From contig OX597817.1 in assembly GCA_951406725.2 (NCBI GenBank), forward strand, positions 23,932,001 through 23,996,000: a stretch of DNA of 64,000 nucleotides, read 5' to 3'. The DNA comes from Octopus vulgaris (taxonomy: Eukaryota). Shown one piece after another: positions 12,882 to 25,462 of this stretch. Under the pieces are notes generated by a model. It made no database searches. It was not told the origin of the DNA and saw nothing but the letters and a program-made list of their open reading frames with translations. Position 1 is the first letter of the stretch. The number at the start of each line of letters is the position of its first letter. The position numbers were made by a program, and so were the translations under genes.

Positions 12882-13487
12882 CTCTCTCTCTGTCTCTCTC
12901 TCTCTCTCATATACATAGACATATATACATACACAGATAATAGAAATACAAAATATTTTGTTTCGTTACTTTCAAAATTAATTCTTTCTTCATACATTTT
13001 TTTCTCATTTTTTTCCTCTGTAGTACTTCATCCTCGACCTTTTCTTGAACTGAATAATTTCAGCATTAGGTATCTGAATGACAGTACTAATTCGGATTAC
13101 TTAGAGCTAGGTGACTAAACATCCAAACTTTGGATTAGTAATTACTAGTATAGTATATTAACTAGTATAGTATATTCGGATGGCCAACACAAATGGTCCT
13201 CGCGCACCTTTAGAGAAATCCACACACATACACATACACGCACACACACACAAATACCCCCCTCTCACACAGAGGTATGCTGGTGCAAACAGGAAAAATA
13301 GTACTCAAAATATAAATTTACGTATATTTTCAGCGATACGGTATTTACTCATCGCACGAAACTCTCGGACATTGCGTCACTCAGTTACTTCTGCTAAATG
13401 TATATATATATATATATGTATATATATATGTCCATCCATCCATCCATACATACATACATACATACATACATACATACATACATACAT

Positions 13488-14030
13488 GGTGGCTGCCCCC
13501 TCGTTATCGAGTATGGCCATTGCACGAAGCTTAATCAATGTTGTTATCGTGCAAGAAGAGTTTTTTTAAAGTGAGGAAAGGCTGTGCACTGAGTCAATCC
13601 CACTCACAAAGCAACAGCAACCATAATCCGAAAAGAAGAACAAGTCAACATCATCGGTAACCACTGAGCTGCAGGTTTTATGCCGGAGTTATTCCAGTTA
13701 CCTGAGTTACCTTCTCCTAGAAGGATGCCCTAACAAAGGCTAGGAGTCCTTCACTCCCAATGGTTTAACCGCGCGATCGAGTATTCAGTCCGATTATTTC
13801 TATGTCTCCGCGCATGATACATCCTTAAGACATTTATTGGATGGCCGTTAACTCTCAAGAGTTTCTCCGCCCTTTGACGGGTTTTGTTTTTCATCCCGCA
13901 GGGTGTCCAATAAACACCCTCCTCACCAAGCAAGCTTGGTGGGGTTGCCGGTTTAGTCGACGACGACCCGACCATGCAACAGGTTGTACTGGATTACATG
14001 TTACCAGTAGCACTCGAAAGTGACCTGACA
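13488..14030 (-). mobile_element. Non-autonomous retroelement (RTE-UTR-like) lying within (CATA)n
   Basis: Bounded by (CATA)n on both sides; its 5' 45 bp recur at 14889-14932 and an internal part recurs at 11015-11113. The RTE assignment is an inference. Confidence 0.55.
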
Positions 14031-14117
14031 TACGTACATACATACATACATACATACATACATACATACATACATACATACATACATACATACATACATA
14101 CATACATACATACATAC

Positions 14118-14340
14118 ATCTGGATAAACTGGGATTTTCAGAAAGAAAAATCGACCAGCTAATTCGTACATCACAAGTGTGCAATCTGTGAGTGGAACAG
14201 TAAAAATATGCAAGACTTTTCTCATGTTCTAAATTTGAATTTGTCTGTGTTAACTACATCCCAAAGATGGAGCCTTGTATCTTAGTTGGAAACCATTTCC
14301 ATCCTCAGTGGAAGATTTATAATAATTAAAAAAATAGAAC
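14118..14340 (+). mobile_element. 3' end of an RLE-type (R4-like) LINE, copy 1
   Basis: LDKLGFSERKIDQLIRT..QSVSGTVKICKTFL; closely similar to 18436-18655. Confidence 0.6.
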
Positions 14341-14391
14341 AGACATATATACATGCATACATATATACGTATGTATGTATGTATGTATGTA

Positions 14392-14577
14392 CTCTTTACT
14401 CTTTTACTTGTTTCAGTCATACCGCCTTTAGTCGAGCAAATCGACCCCAGGACTTATTCTTTGTAAGCCTATTACTTATTCTATCAGTCTCTATTGCCGA
14501 ATCGCTAATTTACGGGGACGTAAACGCACCAGCATCAGTTGTCAAGCGATATTGGGGAGAGAAACACAGACACACAA

Positions 14578-14612
<35 letters not shown>

Positions 14613-14788
14613 GATATATACATACAACAGGCTTCTTTCAGCTTCCGTCTAACAAATCCACTCACAAGGCCTTGGTTGGCCCGAGGCTATATTAGAAGAC
14701 ATTTGCCCAAGATGCCACGCAGTGGGACTGAACCCGGAACCATGTGGTTTATTAAGCAATCTACTTACCACACAGCCACTCCTATGCC
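14392..14788 (-). mobile_element. SINE-B (tRNA-derived, internal CA/TA microsatellite; possibly octopus OK-like)
   Basis: Minus GGAGTGGCTGTGTGGTAAG..GGTTCAGTCCC (B box)..CTTGGGCAA..TGACTGAAACAAGTAAAAGAG. Confidence 0.9.
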
Positions 14789-14888
14789 TATATATGTATG
14801 TACGTATGTATGTATGTATGTATGTATGTATGTATGTATGTATGTATGTATGTATGTATGTATGTATGTATGTATGTATGTATGTTAG

Positions 14889-15050
14889 TGTCAGATCACT
14901 TTTGAGTGCTACTGGTAACATGTAACCCAGTACTGGAATATCAGTCTCATGTGATGGACTGGCGTCCCGTCCAGCTGAGGAACACATACGCCATTGAAAC
15001 CGGGAGACCGGGCCCATGAGCCTGGCTAGGCTTTAAAAGGGAGCATTTAT
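14889..15050 (+). mobile_element. Chimeric short retroposon: 5' end of the 13488-14030 family joined to a SINE-like tail
   Basis: GTCAGATCACTTTTGAGTGCTACTGGTAACATGTAA followed by GTGATGGACTGGCGTCCCGTCCAG..GAAACCGGG. Confidence 0.5.
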
Positions 15051-16621
15051 TATTTTATTTTATGTAAAAGAACACACGTAATAAACCATGAATATATCGC
15101 TGCTGGATGCAATGCTTGAATATCTGAAAGGATATCTGTCGGTCGCACTCTCGAGAGCCACCAACAATGGAGGAGTAACGTTGGCGAATATTTTCAATTA
15201 ATTTAGTTAGAGCCCGACTTAGGTGAGCTCTAATGTTAATCCTCTCTACAATATATTGCATGGTATTTATAATGTCCTACTTAAACCTTCCAGTCGATAC
15301 TACTCAGGGCAAAAGGAAACCTCATTGTTTGAAGAGGGATCTACTATACCCAACTCACTTGTCTCGTCGTTTCTCAGAAGCTTGGTCACTTTCAGATAGA
15401 AAGATAACTGGGAAAGCCTTCACTTCTGCTAATTGCAGTTGACATCAACTTAACAAATCTGACATGTTCTAATAAGGCAAATTTTCCTGTCACTGTGAGC
15501 TATACCTCAGTTAATCACTTCTTCAGATAATGGTGATTATAAGCTTCCCAGGCCTCTTTACATACCAGAGTTATACATGTGGGCTTGTTGGAACTCATGC
15601 TCCGTTTAGTTAGTCAAAGACCAAATTGCAACTGTATTTCAATGTCGTACCTCTTTCATTCAGATCAATCAAATAACTTTCATACCCTTGTGTTGTAGAG
15701 GTGGCATCTGAGCATAAACACTGCAGTCTTTCTGTTTAACATAAATGAGTAACGATCATTCTTGCCGATCATCCTTACTAAAATGTCTTTACTAGAAATC
15801 TTTTCTCCCCCATCGATTTGACCATTTGTATTTTCTGTTGCAAGATATCAGCATTTCTATTCTTTTCATTTTACCCCTTCAATCAGCTTCCTTTCATTGT
15901 TGCGCAGTTCGTTAATCAGTAGCTTTAGGTCTGGGCGTCCTAGAACTGATGTACTAAGTATTCCGGGTTTTAATCTTGAAATCCTATCTACATACGTTGA
16001 GTGCACTGATTATCAAAGTATAACATTCTTGGTGATATAAGAATGGTTAAACATTATAAGCCATGAATAACAAAATGTTCAAGCTATAATCTTAACTCTA
16101 ACATTTAATTTACTTAAATTGGGACTTTATTTAATTTCGTAGGTGTTGATGTTTAATATTCAAACTTTGGGTGACAGAAGTTAAAACGGTTATTCTGACG
16201 AAAAGGTTGTAAAGTAATGGAAACCCTATTTCCTTACAGGTGAAGTTTCATATATCGAAGAGCATCATGATTGATCTGGGACACAGAACCAAATTGGTAC
16301 GCGTCAACCTGGCAGAAAGAAGAATGTGTGGCAGTTATAGAACTGCTCAACGATTGCTTCTGGAATGGAAATCTGGTTAAAAGACTCCAGCTTACTGAAT
16401 GAACGAAAAAAGAACGGGTTGAGATTACAGCCAGTTATGGAGTATACTGACGAATGGTAGAAGCGGTTGAATGGCAGACATTAAGTAACAAGGTATTTCC
16501 TATCGTCTCTTTAAATTCCAGGCTGAAGTATCAGCACCATTCAAGATAAAATAAGCGCTAACAAATCCATAGTACCTATTTCATTGAACTTTAGCTGCGT
16601 TTGAAGATGAAGATGCAATAA

Positions 16622-17035
16622 GGGCAGTGAGCTGGCAGAATCGTTAGGATGCCGGGCGAAATGCTTAGCGGTATTTCGTCTGCCGTTACGTTCTGAGTTC
16701 AAATTCCGACTACGTCGACTTTGCCTTTCATCCTTTCGGGGTCGATAAATTAAGTACCAGTTACGCACTGGAGTCGTTGTAATCGACTTAATCCGTTTGT
16801 CTGTCCTTGTTTGTCCTCTCTGTGTTTAGCCCCTTGTGGGTAGTAAAGAAATAGGTATTTCGTCTGCCGTTACGTTCTGAGTTCAAATTCCGCCGAGGTC
16901 GACTTTGTCTTTCATCCTTTCTGGGTCGATTAAATAAGTACCAGTTACGCACTGGGTCGATGTAACCGACTTAATCCCTTTGTCTGTCCTTGTTTGTCCG
17001 CTCTGTGTTTAGACCCCTGTGGGCAAAAAAGAAAT
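16622..17035 (+). mobile_element. SINE-A dimer (full copy plus headless unit)
   Basis: Junction AAAGAAATAGGTATTTCGTCTGCC at ~16845-16868. Confidence 0.9.
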
Positions 17036-17599
17036 AAAAATATAAAGTTGATATGGAAGTCAGCTCTGTTGTACAGTATATTATTGCATCGGTCTACTAG
17101 CCGAATGTCCGCCGTTCATACGTTGTCGCTGTACACTGCGTCCGTGACAAAGATATCTATTGTCATTGACTCAGTGTCTGCTTGGGGGAAGAGACAGGGA
17201 TAAACAAGTATGACAGCAACATATACAGTAAAAAAGTATATTTACTCTTGGACTAATGCGAGTCGTTAGCTTGTGATTATGTAAGAGGTGGCATCTTAGC
17301 TAAACCAAACATCTTTTTCTACTTAAGTCTTGTCATTGTTTAAATAGCCATAGACTTAAAAGAGAGGTGAAAAAGTACGATAAGAAAGTAAAAAGATCAA
17401 GGAGAAAAGAGAGAGAGAGAGAGAGAGAGTAACAGAGAGAGAGAGAGAAAAAAAACAGAGGGAGAGATGTGGGATGAGGTGGACAGCGAAAGACTATACA
17501 CTGAAAGGAGAATCTCGATAGAAAGAAAACCTGTGAGATCAAAGCAAAAAGTGGGTGAAGTATATGAATAGAAGAGAGATCAATATATTTAAAAGTGTG

Positions 17600-17712
<113 letters not shown>

Positions 17713-17992
17713 ATATATAGGTTAAGGGAGAAATGCTGCAAACTGATCAATAGGAAGTTAAATTGGATGTGTAAGATTTTAGAAAGAGAAAACTTCGAGA
17801 GAAATCGAAAGAGGTACAAATAGAAAGACACCCAAAACAATAGTCATCTGGATAGATAGAAATTTCATAGTTATGCACACACATGCATGCATATAAGCAT
17901 GTATGTGCATGAATGCATACACACACACGCATACATACATACATACATACATACATACATACATACATACATACATACATGCATACATACAT

Positions 17993-18207
17993 ATTTCTTT
18001 ATTACCCACAAGGGGCTAAACACAAAGGGGACAAACAAGGACAGATATAGGTATTAAGTCGATTACATCGACCCCAGTGCGTAACTGGTACTTAATTTAT
18101 CGACCCCGAAAGGATGAAAGGCAAAGTCGACCTCGGCGGAATTTGAACTCACAACGTAACGCAGACGAAATACCGCTAAGCATTTCACCCGGCGTGCTAA
18201 CGTTTCT
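17993..18207 (-). mobile_element. SINE-A, slightly 5'-truncated
   Basis: Matches the family. Confidence 0.9.
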
Positions 18208-18249
18208 TACATACATACATACACACATACAAACGTAGCTACTACAAAC

Positions 18250-18422
18250 ATTTTTTTCTCTTGTTTCTTTCTGTGTTCCTTTCTGTGGAAGAGCGTAGGC
18301 TCGAAACGTAAAAGACTTTTTCAATTCCTGAGCGTTAAACTAATACATCTGTTTGTTTTCTACACCACCTGTCTTCATCTTTTGTTTTGTTTTTTTTTTT
18401 GTTTTTTTCGTGAATTCTCCCC
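18250..18422 (+). mobile_element. Solo Penelope-like pseudo-LTR (family P1) with a degenerate hammerhead motif
   Basis: CTGTGGAAGAGCGTAGGCTCGAAACGTAAAAG; similar to 44090-44245 and to the 3' end of the Penelope-like element at 52548-52700. Confidence 0.7.
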
Positions 18423-18435
18423 ATACATACATACT

Positions 18436-18738
18436 TCTGGATAAACTGTGACTTTCAGAAAGAGAAATCGACCGTCTAATTCGTTACATTACAAGTGCAA
18501 TCTGTGAGTGGAACAGTAAAAATATGCAAGACTTTTCTCAAGTTTCAAATGTGAATTTCTCTGTGTTAACTACATTTCAAAGACGGAGCCTTGTATCTTT
18601 GTTGAGAACCTGCTCCCTTCTCAGTGGAAGATTTATAATAATTAAAAAATAGAAGGGACACATGCCTACATACAATCAGCAGGAGACCAGCAATTCTCTA
18701 CTGAAGAGAAATTTTAAGAATAATACCGGAAGATTAGG
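18436..18738 (+). mobile_element. 3' end of an RLE-type (R4-like) LINE, copy 2, with 3' UTR
   Basis: ..LQVQSVSGTVKICKTFLKFQM*; flanked by CATACATACATA on both sides. Confidence 0.6.
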
Positions 18739-18821
18739 CATACATACATATATAAATGATAAATGCTTATATTCAATATTGTTTGTGTCTCACAGGCAAC
18801 AAGCAGGAAGAATCATTACCA

Positions 18822-18973
18822 AGTGGCTGTGTGGTAAGTAGTTTGCTTACGAACAACAGGGTTCCGGGTTCGGTCCCACTGCGTGGCACTTTGAGCAAGT
18901 GTCTTCTACTATAGCCTCGGGCCAACCGAAGCCTTGTAAGTGGATTTGGTAGACGGAAACTGAAAGAAGTCTG

Positions 18974-19020
<47 letters not shown>

Positions 19021-19235
19021 TGTGTGTATATGTCTGTGTTTGTCCCTCCAACATCGCTTGACAGCCGATGCTGGTGTGTTTACGTTCCCGTAACTTAGCG
19101 GTTCGGCAAAAAGATACCGATAGAATAAGTACTAGGCTTACAAAGAATAAGTCCTGGGGTGGATTTGCTCGACTAAAGGCGGTGCTCCAGCATGGCCACC
19201 GTCAAATAACTGAAACAAGTAAAAAGAGTAAAGAG
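18822..19235 (+). mobile_element. SINE-B
   Basis: Matches the family. Confidence 0.9.
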
Positions 19236-19317
19236 AATGCCGGGCAACATGCTTAGCAGCACTCCCTCCTATTTTGCGTTCTGAGTACAAATCCTGCCAA
19301 AATTGTGCCTTTCATCT

Positions 19318-19720
19318 GAGATGGTGGTGGTGGTGATGGTGGTGGAGGAGGACGTGGAGAAGGAGGAGAAGGATGAAATGTAAGAAGTGGGAGGAGGAGG
19401 ACGAAGGATGAAATGGAAGGAGTAGGAGGAGGAGGTGGAGAAGGAGGTGGAGGGTGAAGAGGTAGTGGTGGTGGTGGTGGTGGTGGTGGTGGTGGAGGAG
19501 GAGGAGGAGGAAGGATGAAATGGAAGAAGTGGGAGGAGAAGGAGGAAATGGAAGAGGAAGTGGGAGGAGGAAGAGAAGGAGGATGAAATGGAAGAAGAAG
19601 TGGGGGAGGAGGAGGATGAAATGGAAGAAGAAGTGGGAGGAGGAGGAGGAGGAGGAAGAAGATGAAGAGGTAGTGGTGGTGGAGGAGGAGGAGAAAGAGG
19701 AGGAGAAAGAGGAGGAAGAA
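19318..19720. repeat. (GGA/GGT)n purine-rich array with a recurring GGATGAAATGGAAGAAG(AAG)TGGG unit
   Basis: The unit recurs about six times. Confidence 0.85.
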
Positions 19721-20644
19721 ATGATAGGGAGAATCAGTATGATAACGCAGCAGGAGCCAATGACGATCACCACCATCATGATTGTTCGGCAGGATGATAG
19801 ACATTAATGACGTCAGAAGCAACTTCTGCCGAATTCTTGTTGGCTGTTCTTCCATTTTAACTGTGAGGGAAGAAAATTGAGTTGAAGGTTGAAGGATCGT
19901 CAGACAGGGTAAATTATAAATTGGATAAACAATGTTTCGAGACTAACCTGTTCTTGCACTGTGCTTAATGACGCTCAGATACAATGCTGTTTATTGCGTG
20001 TATTTCGTGTATTAAATATGGACGTATATAGCCGTCCATGATTAAATTTGATGACGTTAAATTGAAAACTGATTGCAGTTAACATTAATCAGCGTTCGTT
20101 TATCTGATTGTTTATTAGTTTGTTTGAATGAGTTACGAATAGTCGTTATTTCATTAAGAGATAAAATAAGGAATAAAATGTTAATAAATATGAATCAAAC
20201 GTGATAGAAGAAAGGTGAAAATACCACAAATACCTAAAATGTGGTTCAATTTCAAATCCCACTTAATACCATTACATTTTCGTTCATGTAGCAAATGCAC
20301 TCAAACCTTCTTCCGTCAGTATTGACCGTACATCTTTATCAGTATGCACAGGCCTGGGCAAGGTTTTATTTTATGGAAGACTAGCAATTGTTCATGCATA
20401 CAGGTCTCTCTTTACCATACCACCAATATCGTCTGAGAGAAAGGCCGCCGTCCTATGCCCAATATAGTTTCGCGCCAATCGTTGCTGGCGTTACTCTCAG
20501 AACATAAAATACTGGAACAGATACCGAAAGATACCTTGTCCAATATTCCAACAGTTCCGCAGTATGGAGAAACACACACAACTATATGTACAAGAATTTG
20601 TACGTATATCTGTACATCTGTATTTGTACATCTATATGTACAAG

Positions 20645-20951
20645 CAATGGCAAAGAACAAATGAAGTTTCGATTAGGGAGCAAATATTTAAGAAAAGTGG
20701 AAATGGATTGGTAGCATAATTAGAAAAGAAACACCAAATGTAGCGGAAAGTGATTTACAGTGGAAACCGGATGGATATAGAAGGAGAGGTAGACCTAAGG
20801 ACTCGTGACAGAGATCAACACAAAAGGAATTAGAGAAAGGGGGACATTCATGGCAGAGTATAAGTACAGATTATGCGACATGGAAGTCAACTATAAGTGG
20901 CCTATACTCCGCGTTGGAGGGCTAAAGGCATAAAGAAGAAAGAAGAAGATA
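20645..20951 (+). mobile_element. 5'-truncated RTE LINE insertion with a (GAA)n tail
   Basis: KWKWIG..LQWKPDGYRRRGRPKDS*QRSTQKELEKGG; 12-bp TSD TATATGTACAAG at 20633-20644 and 20952-20963. Confidence 0.8.
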
Positions 20952-21000
20952 TATATGTACAAGAATTTGTACTACATTTATGCATGGAATAAGTATGAAA

Positions 21001-21385
21001 TGGAAGCACTCCGTCGGTTACAACGACGAGGGTTCCGGTTGATCCGAATCAACGGAACAGCCTGCTCGTGAAATTAACGTGTAAGTGGCTGAGCACTCCA
21101 CAGACACGTGTACCCTTAACGTAGTTCTCGGGGATATTCAGCGTGACACAGAGTGACAAGGCCGGCCCTTTGAAATACATGTACAACAGAAACAGTAAGT
21201 AAGAGTGAGAGAAAGTTGTGGTGAAAGAGTACAGCAGGGATCACCACCATCCCCTGCCGGAGCGTCGTGGAGCTTTAGGTGTTTTCACTCAATAAACACT
21301 CACAACGCCCGGTCTGGGAATCGAAACCGCGATCCTATGACAGCGAGTCCGCTGCCCTTAACCACTGGGCCATTGCGCCTCCACC
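21001..21385 (-). mobile_element. SINE-C (tRNA-derived, OR1-like)
   Basis: Minus GGAGGCGCAATGGCCCAGTGGTTAAGG..GGTTTCGATTCC..CCGACGGAGTGCTTCCA; TSD-like GAATAAGTAT. Confidence 0.9.
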
Positions 21386-21632
21386 ATCGAATAAGTATAA
21401 AAGAGACTTCACTGGATAAAATTCTTTCCGGACAAAGATTTTCATAACAAAGAATAAAACCGAATTTGCGTAAAGAATTTCATAATTTTAGAAATGCATT
21501 ATGAATTACTGTGATTGTAATTAGTGAAGGTTTACAGTTAGATAGCGAGAGAATCTCCCTGTAAAAGCTTCTGAATGGAAATTATACGCAGCAATAAAGG
21601 TATAGGTATGAATGCAGGTGATATACATAACA

Positions 21633-22022
21633 AGCGCAGGCGTGGCTGTGTGGTAAAAAAGTTTGCTTCGCAACCACATGGTTCCGGATTCATTCCCACT
21701 GCGTGGCACCTTGGGCAAGTGTCTTCTACTATAGCTTCGTGCCGACCAAAGCCTTGTGAGTGGATTTGGTGGATGGAAACTGAAAGAAGCCCGTTGTATT
21801 TATGTGCGAGAGCATGTGTGTGTGTGTCTATATTTACACCCCACCACTACTGGACAACCGATGCTGTTTTGTTACCGTCCCCGAAACCTAGTGGTTCGGC
21901 AAATTAAACAAATGGAATAAGTACCAGGCTTTAAAAATAAATTAGGGTCGATTTCTTCGTCTAAAATTCTTCAAGATGGTGACCTAGCAAGACCTCAGTC
22001 TAATGAATGAAATAAGTAAAAG
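21633..22022 (+). mobile_element. SINE-B, diverged
   Basis: Matches the family. Confidence 0.8.
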
Positions 22023-22053
22023 TGTGTGTGTATGTGTGTATGTATATACATAC

Positions 22054-22093
<40 letters not shown>

Positions 22094-22094
<1 letters not shown>

Positions 22095-22462
22095 GAGGTA
22101 CAATGGCCCAGTGGTTAGGGCAGCGGACTCGCGGTCGTAGGATCGCAGTTTCGATTCCCAGACCGGGCGTTGTGCGTGTTTATTGAGCAAAAACATCTAA
22201 AGCTCCACGAGGTTCCGGCAGGGGGCGGTGGCGAACTTTTCATCACAACTTTCTCTCACTCTTTCTTCCTGTTTCTGTTGTACGTGTATTTCAAAAGCTA
22301 GCCTTGTCACAGTCTGTGTCACGCTAAATCTCTCCGTTAGAACTACGTTAATGGTACACGTGTCTGTGGAGTGCTCAGCCATTTTACAAGTTAATTCCAC
22401 GAGCAAGCTGTTCGATTGATCACATCAACTGGAACGCTCGTCGTCGTAACCGACGGAGTGCC
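22094..22462 (+). mobile_element. SINE-C
   Basis: Matches the family. Confidence 0.9.
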
Positions 22463-22518
22463 ACGACGATATACACATAAATATATATATATATGTATAT
22501 TTATATATATATATATAG

Positions 22519-23055
<537 letters not shown>

Positions 23056-23060
23056 TTTAT

Positions 23061-23262
23061 TTTAAGCAGCAGAAAATTCAACAAAATCTGTTACTCTGAG
23101 TTTCTCGTTGCCGTTCATCAGACAGTTTTGTCTGATGAACGGCAACGAGAAACTCAGAGTAACAGATTTTGTTGAATTTTCTGCTGCTTAAATAAGCATA
23201 TTACTCTACCACTGGTATTTGAGTACTCTTTTTCCACCTTGTTTCACATTTATGTGTTTACT

Positions 23263-23263
<1 letters not shown>
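23061..23263. mobile_element. Fold-back Penelope-like pseudo-LTR: perfect 64-bp inverted repeat with a hammerhead motif
   Basis: Arms 23061-23124 and 23129-23192, loop GTTT; TGT-CTGATGA-ACGGCAACGA-GAAA-CTCAGAG-TA-ACA. Confidence 0.75.
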
Positions 23264-23326
<63 letters not shown>

Positions 23327-23367
23327 AATGATCTAAGTTATTTGAGTTATATATATATATATATATA

Positions 23368-23500
23368 GGTGCAGGAGTGGCTGTGTGGTAAGTAGCTTGC
23401 TTACCAACCACAAGGTTCCGGGTTCAGTACCACGGCGTATAGTATCTTCTACTATAGCCTCGGGCCGACCAAAGCCTTGTGAGTGGATTTGGTAGATGGA
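23368..23500 (+). mobile_element. SINE-B 5' fragment
   Basis: Matches the family head. Confidence 0.85.
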
Positions 23501-25430
23501 ACCCAACCAAATTCACAGAAATGTCAATGTAAAAAGGGAAAACAGATTAGGTTTATCCGTGAAAAGAAAAGCCTACGGAAACACCACGGTAACCTTGGGC
23601 AAGAATGTCATAAAAAAAGCACATTACAGTAAATGCCTCTCTTTTTTTCGTTCATAGGATCATGCCCAAGGTGGCTTCGTCATTCATACGTGCCATCCTT
23701 GCTACATTCACCCATCTTCTTTTAAAATATTCGCGTCCACCAGATACATTCTTTCGCCATAGTTGGTGGTGGTCGTGGCAGAGTTGTCCGTAGTAGTGGT
23801 TGACTGTGAAGCTGTCGTCTGAGTTCTTCCAATTCTTCGTGTGTCGGCGTCCGTGCTCACACCTGCACCTGTCTTGCTCCTCCCCTTCTTTCCCTCCCTC
23901 GTGAAGCTGTGGGGAAGGAGAGGGAGGGAAAACACACGTCGTAAGCGTTGCCAAGGAGACCACGATTCTTCTCGAAGAACGACTTCATGGCTTTGAAGTC
24001 GCCATGCTCAAAGCAGAAAATGGCTACGAAAGCCGAAGACGAATTTACAAAATGGGGAAACACGCCACACAAAGGCAGGTTTCCCGTGCAAAGAATTTGC
24101 ACAACTGAATGTATTTACTAGTTGTTGCACAATAGACGTCATTGATTAGTTGAAATTGCAGAAGAAAAAACAGCAAATATCTTACAAACTCTAGAATTTT
24201 CTGAATAAAGCCAAGAGAAAAAAATGCTTTATTTTGACACATTCTACAAGTATAGGAAGTTTAGAATTTTTTTGAGAAGAACGGTGGTCTCCTTGACAAC
24301 GCTTCACAGGTGCATGTGTGAGCCTGGACGCCGACACACGGAAAAGTGGTGGTGGTGGTGGTGGTGGTGGTGATGGTGGTGGTGGTGGTGGTGGTGGTGG
24401 TGGTGGTGGTGGTGGTGATGGTGGTGGTGGTGGTGGAGTTGGTGATGGTGGAGTTGGTGATGGTGGTGGTGGTGGTGGTGGTGGTGGTGGTGGTGGAGTT
24501 GGTGATGGTGGTGGTGGTGGTGGTGGTGGTGGAGTTGGTGATGATGGTGATGGTAGTGGTGGTGGTGGTGGTGGTGGTGGAGTTGGTGATGATGGTGATG
24601 GTAGTTGTGGTGGTGGTGGAGTTGGTGATGGTGGTGGTGGTGGTGGTGGTAGTGTTGGTACAGGTGGAGTTGGTGGTGGTGGAGTTGGTGATGGTGGTGG
24701 TGGTGGTGGTGGTGGTGGTGGTGATGGTGGGGTGGTGGTGGTGGTGGTGGTACAGGTGGAGTTGGTGGTGGTGGAGTTGGTGATGATGGTGATGATAGTG
24801 GTGGTGATGGTGGTGGTGGTGGTGGTGGTGGTGGTGATGATGGTGTGGTGGTGGTGGTGGTGGTGATGGTGGTGGTGGTGGAGTTGGTGATGATGGTGAT
24901 GGTGGTGATGGTGATGGTGGTGGTGGTGGTGGTGGTGATGGTGATGATGGTGATGGTGGTGGTGGTGGTGATGGTGGTGGTGGTGGTGGTGGTGGCGGCG
25001 AGGTGGTGGTGGTGGTGGTGGCGGCGATTGTGATAGTGATGGTGGTGGTGATGGTGGTGGTGGTGATGGTGTCGGCGATGGTGGTGGTGATGGTGGTGGT
25101 GATGGGTGGTGGTGGTGGTGGTGGTGGTGGTGGTGGTGGTACAGGTGGAGTTGGTGGTGGTGGAGTTGGTGATGGTGGTGGTGGTGGTGGTGGTGGTGGT
25201 GTTGGTGTTGGTGGTGGTGGTGGTGGTACAGGTGGAGTTGGTGGTGGTGGAGTTGGTGGTGATGGAGTTGGTGGTGGTGGAGTTGGTGATGATGGTGATG
25301 GTAGTGGTGGTGATGGTGGTGGTGGTGGTGATGGTGATGATGGTGGTGGTGATGATGGTGGTGGTGGAGTTGGTGATGATGGTGATGGTGGTGATGGTGA
25401 TGGTGGTGGTGGTGGTGGTGGTGGGTGGTG

Positions 25431-25462
<32 letters not shown>

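Noticed and set aside
15200-15990. Possible AP-endonuclease LINE relic on the minus strand (SVYA and DLN-like motifs)
   Set aside because: Too degraded to call without a search.
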